A stretch of 64,000 nt of DNA from Nageia nagi (Eukaryota; Plantae; Pinophyta): NCBI GenBank assembly GCA_050084985.1, contig JBITNC010000001.1, positions 140,306,001 to 140,370,000 on the forward strand, given 5' to 3'. Positions 14,401 to 28,100 of the stretch are shown here, piece by piece; within the stretch, counting starts at the first letter, position 1, and every line of letters starts with the position of its first letter. Under the pieces are notes generated by a model. That model saw nothing but the letters and a program-made list of their open reading frames with translations. It ran no database searches and was not told where the DNA came from. The translations under genes were made by a program, and so were the position numbers.

Positions 14401-17400
14401 ATGGGAGAATTCTTTTTACCCAAACACATTCTTGATGGTCCCAACTATGGGATTTGAGAACCACAAATGAGAGCTAAATTACAAGAAAGAAAGATTTAAC
14501 AAACAGTGAATAAGAACCTTGTACCTCCTACAGATGAGAAGGCACTAAAAGTTTACAATATAAAGAATGAATTGGTAACCTCCATGAATTACCATGCAGT
14601 TTCAAATGATGTGCTCCTAATGATTTTCTATTCAACCTTGACAAAGGAAGCATGGGATAAGCTCAAGCAAATCTACCTTAGTTCAAAATTTTAAAAAAGG
14701 TTTACCATTCTCCAAAAGATGCTTCAATCTCATCAAAGAAAAGATGAAAATGTGGCTATCTACTTGAATAAAATCATTTACTTAAGGAGCTAACTTGTTG
14801 CTTATGGGTGCAATTGGATCAATGATGAGTTCATGGTCTTCATTATTCTTTAAAACCTTTCTTCAAAGTTTGAAAACTTTATGACAGTTATAGAAACAAG
14901 GTTTGATTACGAAGAAGAAGTCTTCTCCTTTGAGAACCTTTCTAGACATCTATTGAAGTATGAGAAAATTTTTAATAATAAAATGTTAATTTCTTATCCT
15001 AAGGATAATAACGTTACTCTTGGAGTAACCAAAACTCCTTTCAAAAAGAAGTTCAACTATTAAAAAAAATCTTATCCTTCTTCCTCTAAAAGGTTTGAGA
15101 AAAGAGGCAATGGCTACAATAGCAGCAGGAACAACAAGAATAATAACCACAACAGCAACAACAACCACTTCAAGTAAAGAGATGGAAAAGACAAAGTAAA
15201 TAATTCATATCTTAAAGAAAATTTTGATGGTAATTGTAACTATTATGGCATCCAAGGTCACAAAGAAGTTGATTACTATAAAAAAAAATAGAGAAAAAGT
15301 TCAAATTCAATTGAAATGTAAAGAACTACAAAGAAATGAAAAATATTCATGCTAATTTTACTGCGATGCTCTACTCCATGTCTTTCTCTTTTTCATCTAA
15401 ATGGATTGTTGACTCTGGTTGCACTAATCACCTATGCTTTGAAAGAGAAACATTTGTAAACTTTCACAAGTATAAAAAGGATGTCATTGTGATAGGTGAT
15501 AACTCTACCCTTGAAATCCAAAGAATTAGAAGTGTGTTGATTCATGGAAAGGTTCTTGAGAATATTCTCTATATTCCTAAGTTAAGGATGAACCTTCTCT
15601 CTGTGATCCAAGTTGCTAGAAAAGGATACTCTTTTAAGTTTGACTCTCAATCTTAGTGCATTAAGAAAGGACTTGCCATGTTGGTTAAAAGATCTATGAA
15701 AGATAACCTCTACATTGTGGATCAAATTCTATCAAAGATGTGTCTTGCTTCTAGTGTGTTATAAAGGCAATATTTGGCACCATTATTTAGGGCCCCTTAA
15801 CCATAAGAGTATTCAAGTCATGAAATACCAAGAACTTGTGGAAGGTATGCCTTCAATTTCTCCTTCGGTTGGTTTATGCGAGAAGTGCATTCTTGGCAAG
15901 ATGTATAGACAAAAGTTTGAAAAAGATAAGGCAATAAGAGCATCTCAACCCCTTCAACATGTGCATTCAGATTTGATGGGTTTGTTTTAGACTAAGTCAC
16001 TTGGAGAAGCATCTTATGTCTTAACCTTCATTGATGACTTTAGTAGAATGACCTTTGGGTATCTACTCAAGCGTAAGAATCAAACCTTTGAGATTTTTAA
16101 GGTTTTTAAGGCCTTTGTTGAAAATCAAACTAACATTAAAATTAAAATGTTAAGATCAAATAATGGGGAAGAATACAATAGCAATGAGTTCAATGATTAT
16201 TGTGCTAAGTATGGAATCAAGAGGTAATTTACAATTCCTTACACTCTTCAACAGAATGATGTTACTAAAAGAAAAAAATAAAATAATTATGGAGATGGCT
16301 AGATGAATGTTGGGTGATCTTCCTAAATTCTTATGGAGTGAAGTTATGAACACTGCTATTTACACCTTGAATAAGTGTCCCACAAAAATCATTCAGAGTA
16401 AAACTCCTTTTGAAGCATGGTCAGGAAGAAAACCTAACATTTCTTAACTTAAGGTATTTGGTTGTGAAGCATTCTCTTACATTATTTTTGAGAAGAGGAA
16501 AAAGTTAGATAAAAAAGTTGAAAAATGCATTTTTATGGGTTATGATAGTTAGCATAGAGGCTACAGGCTCTACTCTTCAACCTATAAAGCAGTGTTCATT
16601 TCAAGGGATATAAAGTTCAATGAATTTCCTAAAGAATCTACTTCTAATGAGGATGTTGATGATCTAGAGGACTCTTTAGTTGCTCTTAGTTGGTTGGATA
16701 TTGATGTAGATAAGTCACTTCAAGAACAAAATTCTCTAACACAAAGGGTAAAAATGAGCATGACCTTAAACAAATATTTATTTGCCAAGATTGGTAATAA
16801 GCATGAGCCCTCAACCTTCAAAGAAGCTTCAAAGCATGAGTGCTAGATGGAAGCCATGAAAGAGGCGTATGAAGTGCTTATAAAAAATAAAACTTAGAAC
16901 TTGATTCCTTATCCCAATGAAACAAATGTGATTGCCAATAAGTGGATCTATAAGGTCAAGTTCAATTCAGTTGGAGATATTGAGAAATACAAGGCAAGGT
17001 TAGTAGCTAAAGATTTTGCTCAAAATACAATGTAAATTATGAGAAAACCTTTGTTCCCATGGCAAAGATGCTTGCTATGAGAGTTATCATTTCTCTTTCT
17101 ATAGCTCAAAGATGAAAAGTTTTTCAACTTGACGTTAAAAGTGCATTTTTCAATGGTGAATTAGATGTGGAAATCTTCATGAACCAACCAAAAGGGTTTA
17201 TTATGGAAGGCAAAGAATCCTGTGTGTAAGCTAAAAAAGTCATTGTATAGAATTAAGCAAGCACCTAGAGCCTAGTACAAAAATATTTTAGGGTACTTTA
17301 CAGATATTATATTCTCCAAGTATTTTTTTGAATCCAATTTATATGTGCTTAATCAAGGAAAAGATGTGGTCTTGATTTTCCTTTATGTGGATGATCTTTT

Positions 17401-18341
17401 GATTACTAAGAATAATGATGAAATCATTCAAGAGTGGATATCCAAACTTAAGGCAATCTTTAAAATGACTAATCTTGGTCTCTTGCACTACAATCTTGAA
17501 ATATAAATGTATCAATACAAAGATTGTACTTACCTTAGTCAATCTAAGTATATATCAAACATCTTATAGAAATTTGAAATGGAGAAGTGTAGATATGATG
17601 CAATATTAGTTTCTTCTTGAATCATTATTTCTCTAAGCTTCAACTCTCAGTTAGCTGATGCTACAAATTACAAGCAATTAATTGGTAGTCTTTTGAATTT
17701 GATTATATCTAGACCAGATATTACCTTTGCAATGAATCTGATGGCATGATTCATGCAAAAACCTTATGTTGAGCACTTCAATGCTATTAAGTAGATCTTG
17801 AGGTATGTTGCAAGGACTAAAGATCTTGCTTTCAAGTATTTTAAGTTGCCCTTATTTTTTCTCTCTAAATTCTCATATTATGACTATGGAGGAGATAGAG
17901 ATGATAGGAAGTCAACCTTTACATATATGTCTAGCATTGGTATAGGTGTTATCTCTTGGGATTCCAAGAAGTAGCCTACTATTTGTCTTTCTACCATAGA
18001 AGTTAAATACCATGCCATATCTATTGTAGCCTAAGAAGCCATTTGGCTAAGGCATATTCTAAAAAAATTGGGTATGAGCAAGGTGGATCATCTTTGATTT
18101 CTTCAGATAATCAATTGGCTATTTCTTTAGCTATGAATCTTGTATTCCATCAAAGAACAAAACATGTGGAAATCCATACCCATTTTATGAGGGAGAAGGC
18201 TCTTGATGGCATCATACACCTAGAGTATTGTCCATCCACCTTGAAATCTACTAATTTGTTCACCAGTCCTCTCCTGAAAGCTTAGTTCTATAAGCTTAGG
18301 GATGCTATTAGGTTGGTGAAGTTGCCCTCAATGGGGAGTGA
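14401..18341 (+). pseudogene. Degenerate copia gag-PR-INT-RT-RH polyprotein
   Basis: MGEFFLPKHILDGPNY gag start; WIVDSGCTNH protease; IWHHYLGPL and VHSDL integrase; KYKARLVA and LYVDDLL RT; FHQRTKHVEI RNase H. Copia domain order, many stops. Confidence 0.93.
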
Positions 18342-18480
18342 AGTTTTAATTCTTGTGTTGAATTCATGTTTGTGATGATAACTTCATCCTTAGGAGGATT
18401 TTATACTATATAGTGTTGATTTTGTTGAACACCTTCATGGTAAGTTTGCTTTGCGTAAGAAACTTATTGTACATATTGGC

Positions 18481-18697
18481 CAATCTAGCACTATTCAATT
18501 ATCCATGTGTGAGGAACTCTTATGTGTCTTTTGGCACTATTTAGTTATCCATATGTGAGGAACTTGTATGTGCATGCTCTATTTTTGGTCAATCTAGTAT
18601 TATTTAGTTATCCATGTGTGAGGAACTCTTATGTTTCTTTTGGCACTATTTAGTTATCCATATCTGAGGAACCTATATGTGTATGCTCTATCTTTTG
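18481..18697 (+). repeat. Tandem repeat in the copia 3' UTR (2 x ~110 bp, each made of two related subunits)
   Basis: Four near-copies of ACTATTTAGTTATCCATRTGTGAGGAAC. Confidence 0.85.
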
Positions 18698-21118
18698 TAA
18701 TTATAATCAACATATGTTTTATATATAGTAGGTGACTATAACATTTTTGGCATAGCATCTTCGTGATGACTTATAGTGCACCATTGATCAATTCATGATG
18801 GCATTCATGTGATTTATCTATCCTTGATAAGATGAATATGTTGCATCTAACTGATCTTTTTATTTGAGCTACTTATGACTTGTAGGTTCCTTTGAGATTG
18901 CAGGTTACTTACTTCAGGTATATAGGCTCTTGGAGACTCTTCATGACTTCTAGTTGGATGACTACTTCATGTACATTGAAATCGATTATGGTTAATGATT
19001 ATATTTGGCAAAGTAGTAAGTTTCAAACTAGATCTTTCTTACTTCACAAATATGTAAAAAGTTCTCATATCCATTGTATCTATTTTGAGGAGAACTCTCT
19101 TGCTTTCTCTTCTTCTTCTCTCTTACTCACTCTTTTCCAATATTGCATTAAGGGGGAGTGTTGGAATGCATAATGCATTATTGTAAAGGTTTTTATTAAA
19201 TCTTCTATATAATGCATTATTGTAAAAGTTTTTATTAAATATTATATGTAAAGTCATTAATACTTAAGGGTATCAATTAATACCTCAAGTATTTAAGTGA
19301 ATAAGATAATGTAACTTGTCCTATGCTCCATGTCATGAGCATTCCCCTTGGGTAAAAGGATGTGCATGTCATGCTATTGTACATTGGATAAAAGGGTGAT
19401 CCAAAGAGGGATTTTGGCCTATAAATAGAAGGCTCTCTCTTTGTGATTACACACCAATTATGGATTAAAGTTATGCTATAAGATAATGGTTAAGAGAAAA
19501 AATTAGGAGGATTGTAAAAGATTTGTATTTGTGATTGAAGTAAAGATCTAGTTAGTGGATTTACTCCTAGTTGGAGGAACCACTTACATCTTGTGTTATC
19601 TTTATGAGATTGCTTTGTATGATAGTTAGATGTGAATTGAGAGCTTTTATGTGATCTTGGTTGTTTAGAAATTATCTTGTTAGTGTTAGTTCCTTCAAAG
19701 TAGAGCCTATTCATCCAAGCATTGGATGGAGATATATCTTCAACCTTTGATATTTTGAATAGGTCATTTCTTATTTCCAACTAGGTGTGGAAAGCCCTCC
19801 ATTTTGGTAGGATGAGCCATTTTTGTATGAACATCAAGAATTATAGGAAAGAGAGGAAATGTACTAGAAAGGAAATGCGAGAAATATGAAATACATGGTG
19901 CATGGGAAAGGAAAATAAATGACCTTGAAACCTGCATACCCAAATTTTCCATTATAAGATCATTGCAATTGTTAAGCTATTGGGAACAAAATAAAAAAAT
20001 GTTATAAAATATAGTTTATTAAACTTAATAGCTTAATTCTCACATGAATCCCATTTCTTACAACTATAATGTGTAGTTTAAATGCCACAACATAGGGAGG
20101 GGTGATGTATTGTTACACCATTGATCGTTAATAAAATGAATCCAATTAAAAAGAGCAAACAATCACTTAACCAGCTCATTGAACACTTTTTATCGACCTT
20201 TCGCTCAAGGTAAATCCTACATTGTACCAATGATTCCTGATAAATATCCAAATATGCAATGGTGTCAATAATTAATTAACTAATAACCTCACTGATGCAG
20301 ATAAACATCATATTAACTACAAACAAAATTACATATATAAATTATAGGATTAGGTACTTGGGTTAATACCATTCTAATTATCTTGCTCCAACTATTTATA
20401 GAGTAATTATAAAGGATAGGAGGTATACTCCTACCTTCACTTAGCTAGTACTAGACTATCCTAATACTTCTAATTAATGCCCAATCAACCAACTATAAAG
20501 TGTTATCTCTATTGGTTATGATATTCTTTTAATTTAGTAGTTTCTAAGTGTTGTCTGGGTGTTTTGATGCTTTTGGTGATAGAATTTTGTAGGAGAATTT
20601 AATACCTTCACTATCCTCTAAGTAAGCATACCTTTTCATAGTATTTACATAGCCTTTTTCAGCTTTGCCTAACTGGTCTTTTGTAGATTTGTCAATTTTA
20701 GGATTTGCTTTCTAAATACATTTTGACTAAATAGGGTACTTATTTGGATGATATGACTAAGCAAATGGGTTGCTTGTAATGAATACCTAGGCACCATGTA
20801 GAGATCTTGGCATGGTTGGTATGTTGGCACCACCTTGGGTTTATATTAGGTAAGCCCACACTATTGGTTTCTTTGTTGAAGGTACTATATGAGATCTCTA
20901 AGTGTTAGGTATTGATCCATATTGAAGTGTTATGATCTTTGGGTGTTAGGTGCCAAGCCATATTTTGTTGCAACTAGCCATATTTACCAACTTCGAAGAA
21001 TGTTTTATGGGAAGATGATGTCATGCTCTAAATCTCCTCAATCATATTTACTATAAGCATTCAATCACCTATTAAGTTTAAGAGCAAATTGAACCAGGGG
21101 CTATTACATCTTGGGTGA

Positions 21119-22095
21119 GGGTAAGTACAAGAAGATGAGTCCCACTTTTGGCCAAAAAGTGCATGTTTTCTTTGATTTTTAGGTTTGGTCATAATTAATC
21201 TCAAAATTTGAAGCACTTAGAGTCTGAGTCTTGAAAAAAGTCACTTTGGTAAAAATGTACTTCTTGAAGTCTAGTTTAATTTATTCTAGTACCCAGATGA
21301 TAGAAATTAATATTTTATAAGTATTTTTAAAAGTTATTATTAAAAAAAATACAATTTTAGCACCATACCCCATTGTGTCTAGCAAGCATAATTGGACCTA
21401 AAATAAAATATATTTTTAAATCCTTTTGAGTTAAGATACTTAAGAAACTAAATATTGTGAAGGATATTGTTTTGTAATATTTTCATGAATATTTTATTTT
21501 TTATTAATTTTTTATTAGCCCTAATTTTAAGTTCAAAAAGTGCTCATGTTCGGTAAGCATATAATTTGACCTAAACTTGTTATTTTTAATTTTTATTTTT
21601 TTTTAACTTATGAAGAATTATATGAAAAATATGCACATATGTATATTTTTCATAATTCCAAAAAAATAAAAATGTTATTAAACAAATACAAAATCCACTA
21701 TTTAAAAACTATAGTTTCAGGAGTATACACCATCATTCTTAACAAGCATAATTGGATCTAAATTAAAATAATTTTTTTTAATCCTTCTGAATAAAGATAC
21801 TTAAGATACTAAATATTATAAAGGATAGTTTTTTTTGTAATATTTTTGTGAATATTTTATTTTTTATTGGCCATGATTGTCACTTCAAAAAGTGCTCATG
21901 TCCGACAAGCATAATTTGACCTAAACTTATAATTTTTAATTTATTTTTTTAACTTTTGAAGAATTGTATGTAGATTGTGTACATATAGTTTTTTTTTCAT
22001 AATTCAAAAAAAATAAAAAGTTATTAAATAAATACAAAAACTTAGCAGTTCCTAAGACTTCCTCCAAAGTGGGACACATCTTCTTGCACTTACCC
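21119..22095. mobile_element. Non-autonomous TIR DNA transposon (977 bp)
   Basis: ~30-bp TIRs: left GGGTAAGTACAAGAAGATGAGTCCCACTTT; right, reverse-complemented, GGGTAAGTGCAAGAAGATGTGTCCCACTTT. Absent from the sister LTR (empty site at ~9725). Apparent TSD GTGA/ATGA. Internal ~360-bp duplication with a repeated AAGCATAATT(G/T)GACCTAAA motif. Confidence 0.88.
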
Positions 22096-25085
22096 ATGAT
22101 ATCAATGGTTAAAGACTCCCCAACTCTACAATATGCCTGCATTTGGATTCAATTATTAAGTTCTTATGAGGTTTGTAGGTTTGGAGACCATTAAATTCAG
22201 GGGATTTTATGTTTCAGAGTGATGTTAACAACAAAATTTCCTTGGAATCTGCTATCCATCCACCCTTAGCCACTTTTCTCTTCAGGATTGTAGACCCAAG
22301 GATATTTAAAGTCAAGAATGATATCATCCATAAGGATTTCTATACATCACACAATATAGCTCTAAACACAACCATTAATACCTAAAAGGATATTTTCATT
22401 ATATTATTTCTTCTTTTATATAAAATTGAAGTAAAAAAATGGAAAAATATTAAGGTATCTAACACAAAATGATGTGATCATGAGAAATGAAACAATACTC
22501 TTCTCACTATATAAGGTTAAAAGGATAATAGTATAACTTCAAGTATAGATTGAAATATGAGCTTGAAAAGAATGTTTTAAACTATAATTCAAAGGAAAAT
22601 ATTTTTAATTTTAAATAATAATAATAATTTATATTACTCTAGGTGGTATAATTAACAACTATCAAGTATACATATTCTCATATGCATGAATACAAAATAT
22701 TTCAAATTCAAAGTATGTTAATTTAACACAAGATGCTCAAATGTTATGAGGTATCTAAGAAGATCCAAGCTTAATGTCCTCTACATGCATGCAAACCCTT
22801 TAGGGTTCTTATTTCATTTATCACATTGCATTTATCCTCAATATTTTTGTGGGACATCCCCATTCTATCATGTTTGTACATTTACATTGCCTTGGGAAAT
22901 GCTCTATCCTTTAAGTATGGCCACCTCTCTTAATGGTACTTCATTGTTGCATGAAGTTGTTGGAGTGGAGGATGGCACCTAGAAAGCATCAACGTAAGTT
23001 TCTTTTGAAAGTAGAGCATAAGTTAATGTTGTTATTCCTCCAGTTTTCATTCATGTAGAATAATTTGTACTACTTTTCATAGGTTAGAATCACATACACT
23101 TATTGGTTATTTCCTTGATCATATACCAAATGATACCCTTCTATGTACCTGAGTGAGTCAAGTTTAGAGTTTGTATGGTGTTAAAATTTGAAAATGTGCA
23201 AAACCTTACTAATGATTTTTTTCTTTCCTATTTCTTAGATCTTATGCATATTCAAAAGGTCCTTAGTAAAGGTCCTTGGACAGCTCATAATTCTCTTTTA
23301 GTCCTGCAACCTTACTCGATAGGGTTTAATATTGAAAATGAAGGTATTATGGATGTTCCTATTTGGGTGGAGTTTCCTGGGCTCCCTATTCCCATATGAA
23401 AGTTTTTACAATACTTAGCTAAGTCTATTAGCCAAATTATTTATTTTGAACTTGAGTGTTTTTTTTTTGGCTTAACCTTCTCTAAGAGTCTATGTTAAGG
23501 TGGATTTAATTCTTGATATTCTCAAGTTCATAGATACCAATATTGGTGATGAGGATTTACATAAAAGAATGGATTTTATTGGGGTCTCAAATACCTGCTA
23601 TCACTACAAAGTGGGAGCTTTGCATGTTAAAATAAATTCATTTGGGTCCCTACCAATTTTTGAGGATTCATAGGATGTTATGGAGCTTTAAACCCATAAC
23701 GTTTCTCAATTATTTATTTTTCATGGAATGTAAGAGGTTTGATGGACCCAACCTATAAGTTTACAGTTTGAAGTGAGCTTGATGATATAACACACTCTTA
23801 TGGAATGCTAAATTGTATCCATTTACAAGAAGTAAAAATAGTTGACTTTTTTTTGCAATATAACTGATCTTTTCTTTGGTCGTGGTGCCCATTTTTTCAT
23901 ACCAATCATTTTTTTGGGAAAGGGGGTATCATCACTTTTATTTCTTCCAAGTGAAAATTGAATGTGGTGTCTTGGGGAGTTAACCCTTCAAATCATGTTG
24001 TTTGGTTGTTTCTCAATATCTCAAGCAAACCTTTTGGTATCATTAATATATACACTACCAATGATGCTCATGATAGAAGAGATTTGTGATAGTGGCTTGC
24101 CCTCTCTCTTTCCTTTTCCACTTGGGTCCTCTATGGGGACATCAATATGGTGGAATAACCCTTTGATAAGAAAAGTCAAAATCCCATATGATGGAATCTA
24201 AGGGAAAGAGAGGCTTGATTTTTTTATAAAAAATAAACTTAGTCTTTGTGATCCCAATGTTGGTTTTTCTCCTGTTTACTTTCTAGAGGCTCACTATTTT
24301 AGCTAGTCTCATTTCCAAGCTAATTTTGATATATTTCTTAAATAGCTTGACAAGGATATACTATTTAAGAGTGACTATTTTCACTTTGATAGAATTTCTC
24401 CTGCTCTACCTTTTGTGTCTATTATTCTTGATACTACTTTGTTTGATCATGCCCTTATTGTTTTTTCCCTCTTCTTTGATCAAGCCCACCCTAGCTAGAG
24501 TTTTAATCTCTCAATTTTATTTGAACATCTCCTTTTTATAACATCATTCTATGCAAGCTTATATAAATTTCATTTAGAATTTAATTCCTAGATATTTTGG
24601 CTCCTTTGGTTAGATCCAATGGTAGAATAAATCTATTATTAGAACTATTAAACACCATTATATTTTACAATGGTTATTTGCCCACCACCTATGAGCCTAC
24701 CACCAAAAATTCGCTTTCTATGGTGGTGGCTAATAACCACTAGTATATGGTACCCAAATTAAAATTACCTTCTAATTTCATATAGAGGAATTTATAAACC
24801 ATCACTCAATTAACAATGCAAGTGGCTATAATTGCCCTTGAACCTATCTCACTATTTTTAAAGTGGCAATTTGAGCCATTACTTTATGATATAAGCAGTA
24901 GTTTAAAACCACCATATAGTTATCACATTTTAAAAAAAATGTGTAGCCTAGAAGCATTCTTCCTTTTTGAAGCTATGCCATCCTTGGTTACCCAAGGTAC
25001 CCAAGCTCAATCTTAGTGAGCCTAATTATGATGTTAACCATTGACTCCTAAAGGATGTCCCAATGGAACTAAATAGGTGCCATTA

Positions 25086-25086
<1 letters not shown>

Positions 25087-25124
<38 letters not shown>
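25087..25124. repeat. (TA)n(TG)n microsatellite
   Basis: Direct dinucleotide run. Confidence 0.95.
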
Positions 25125-25125
<1 letters not shown>

Positions 25126-28100
25126 ACGCCCGCATGCAAATTATGAAGTGGTAAGTTGGCAAAAATATGCTTGTAATACTTTGCAATTGTTCAACCCAAA
25201 ATTTTAAATATTATGTTATCTTACCTCCACAATAAGCACAATAAGATTTTTTCCCTAGGATAACATGTTCAAAACATCATAAATTAGAAACTCTCAATAG
25301 ATGTATCACCATTATGTTACCACACAACCAACATGTATGCTTCAAACATATGATATGAAATTATCCAAGTCCACCATATGATAGAAAATTATGGAATTTT
25401 AAGCAAATGAATGATGCAAAGCCTAGGAATTATTTGATAATATGCATGATATGCAAATACATATTTATTGAATGCAACGATTACAAGATATAAACACATG
25501 ATGCAAGGTCTAGTAATTGTTTGACAAGATGCATGATGTAAATACTATTTTTTGAAGAAACTTAATAATATTATAATATGCTAAAATAATAAAAAATACC
25601 ACTATTACCATCAAGGATTATAGAATCATGTTAACATGATTCAAATATGCTCTACAGTACTGCTACCACAATATTTAGATTTACAAGCACCAAGTATACT
25701 ACTTACATTGAGGCAATTTAAAATTGTTGCATCTTAAATTAATAAAGAAAAAAAGGCATAATTGGGAGAATCCTTTCAGGCTATATCATCCTCGATTTCT
25801 TGAGTCACCCAACCTTAATCATAATCAAACTGGAGGATAGTATAATCAAACTGACCTAACACTATTCAATTTTTAACAACTGCAACACATTGAAATGATC
25901 TAAATGCTCCAACAATGTAGTGAAAATGATCTAAGTACACCAATATATATGACATGAAATTATCTAAGTAATGATATGAAATGAACCAAATACAACATTA
26001 CATGATATGAAGCATCCAAGTTGGTTGTGTGGTTAACATTATGAATAATGTTGAAGCATAACAATGATATATAGAGAGTGTAAATGCAGCTAGTCCTAAC
26101 TATTGAACCCAAAAAATTATCAAAAACTAGTACAAAAGTGGTAAGTTAGCAAAAACATGCTTGTAATACTTAGCCAAATAGAGAAACATTTGACCATAAT
26201 TGAATTTGTAGAGAATATTTAAATCATTTGAGCATAATTATAGAGCATATGATTTGAATCTTATTGCACTTATATTTAAATAATGACATGTGATATAAAT
26301 ATTTTAAATACAACATATGATCCAAAAACTATTATGGAGAAGTAAAGCAACTATTCAACCCATAAATATTATAAGCATTAAAAATAGTCCAAAAGTGGTA
26401 AGTTGGCCAAATCCTACCTTTTATACACTTATACAAGCTACTAAGTTATCAGTCATGCTTCTAGAAATGTACTATTATCCAAGGTGAAAGTTAACTTTGA
26501 TCCATGCTAAGATAAATAAAAAATTTTCTAATAATTTTTAGGATACATACAAAATGGGTTTTCTGGAAAATGTCATAAACATATATGCAATATGTAGAAG
26601 AATACATAAGGCCTAGAAATTATTTGACTAGATGCATGATGAAAACACAATTTATTGGAATGCAATTATTAGAGGATATGTAATTCATGATATGTGTGGT
26701 AACATTATAAACAATGGTGAAGTATAACAATTATATATCTACTAAGAGCTTGTAAATGTAGGTAGCCTTGACTTATCTAATTAATGATATTTTTAACATG
26801 TTATCCTCGGGGAAAGACATCCAACCTTTATGTCTTATTATGCTTATTGTGGAGGTAATATAAAGTAACATTTAAATTTTTGGGTTGAACAATGGAACAT
26901 GTTGCGGGTTCCTTCATTACCTAGCCTGTATCATAATAGTTTCATGGTTTGCAATAGCACAAAATGGGTTTTCTAAAAAAGGCCCGTAGACATGTATGCA
27001 AAATGTAGAAGAATATAAGGCTCTATAATATGAGCATAATTGTGTAATGATGCATCTCAAGGATAATGTAATAAGATTCACTTATGCTATTCAAGTATTT
27101 ATAGCCAGTGATGTAACGAATATCTATGAATACTGCATCTTGTCAAATCTAGTAAATTACCATTACATTGACTACAAGATGTATCTTGCATTCAGATATA
27201 TTTGTCCAAACATAATTTTTGTTGTGTTTACCCTAGTAAATATTTGATAATATTGCATTGAAATTATGTAGTTTCAACTAATGTGCATCCATTATGTGAT
27301 GTGTTTATCCTTTATGAGGAACATCTTGATAGGGAATATAAACATGATTTTCTTTACAATGAAAGGGGACTATCAAGGTTAGAGTTGGGAGGTTACATTG
27401 ATATGGAAGAATGATGCAAAGGCACCCAATCTCTGTTATACTAAGTTCATATTTTATTTTGAGGACTACAAGGTTTGCCTCATCATAACCTTTGAAGTGG
27501 TAAGTCTAGATTTTCTATGTGTTAATTTCTTGTTTGAAACTTGAATGTGGAGTGGGTCTATTGTAAACATTTGAGTTTTTTTTTTAAATTTTTGGTTTAG
27601 TCTAATACAATTACTAGTAACAATGGTCATATTCTACCTCTTCAATTGAAGGTTTGCTTAGTAATTACCTTAAAAATGGGTATAACCCTTTCTTGAGTTT
27701 GACCCTATCTCATTTTCCCCTTTTCTTTGTGATTGCGAGCCAAATTATCATAGATAATGGCAAGGAATATGTTATCATTATATTGATGATAATTCCAGGG
27801 TAAGACCTAGAAAGTAAAGATGATATCATTTATTTGGAATCACTTTATGAAAATAAAGGTCTTCAAATTTTGGGAATCCCAAAGTAACTTTATGTAATGT
27901 TAATTTAAGGGTTGAAATATGATGTGTGTATATCTTTCCATGGATAACCTCATGTAAACATTTTTAATGCATTTATAACATGATGCATTTCTCTCATTGT
28001 ATGGTTGAAGTAATGTAATTCAAAATTCATGGACAAGAACAATATGCATGTTATCATGATAGAGAATTTAAGCTAATGGACTTACTAGGATATCATCTCA

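Larger units (their letters stand above)
11088..19697 (+). mobile_element. Ty1/copia LTR retrotransposon, full length 8.6 kb, decayed
   Basis: LTRs 11088-11587 (500 bp) and 19159-19697 (539 bp). Perfect TSD AAGTA (11083-11087/19698-19702). PBS TGGTATTAGAGC at 11591-11602. PPT AAGGGGGAG at 19150-19158. Confidence 0.95.
2079..22494 (-). mobile_element. Non-autonomous LTR retroelement (LARD-like, Tat/Ogre-type PBS) with ~1.82-kb LTRs and a 958-bp internal region lacking gag/pol; host to three nested insertions
   Basis: Two homologous direct repeats, 2079-10112 and 11071-22494, each ~1.82 kb once the nested inserts and a 210-bp duplication are removed. Outer ends TG...CA. TSD GTACT (2074-2078)/ATACT (22495-22499). 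On the minus strand: PBS TGGCATGCTTGGTGGAAC at ~11048-11065 (C>T/G>A-decayed tRNA-Arg-type TGGCACGCCCGGTGGGAC), PPT-like GGGCAAGAGAA at 10113-10123, and TATAAATA at 2787-2794. Confidence 0.75.
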
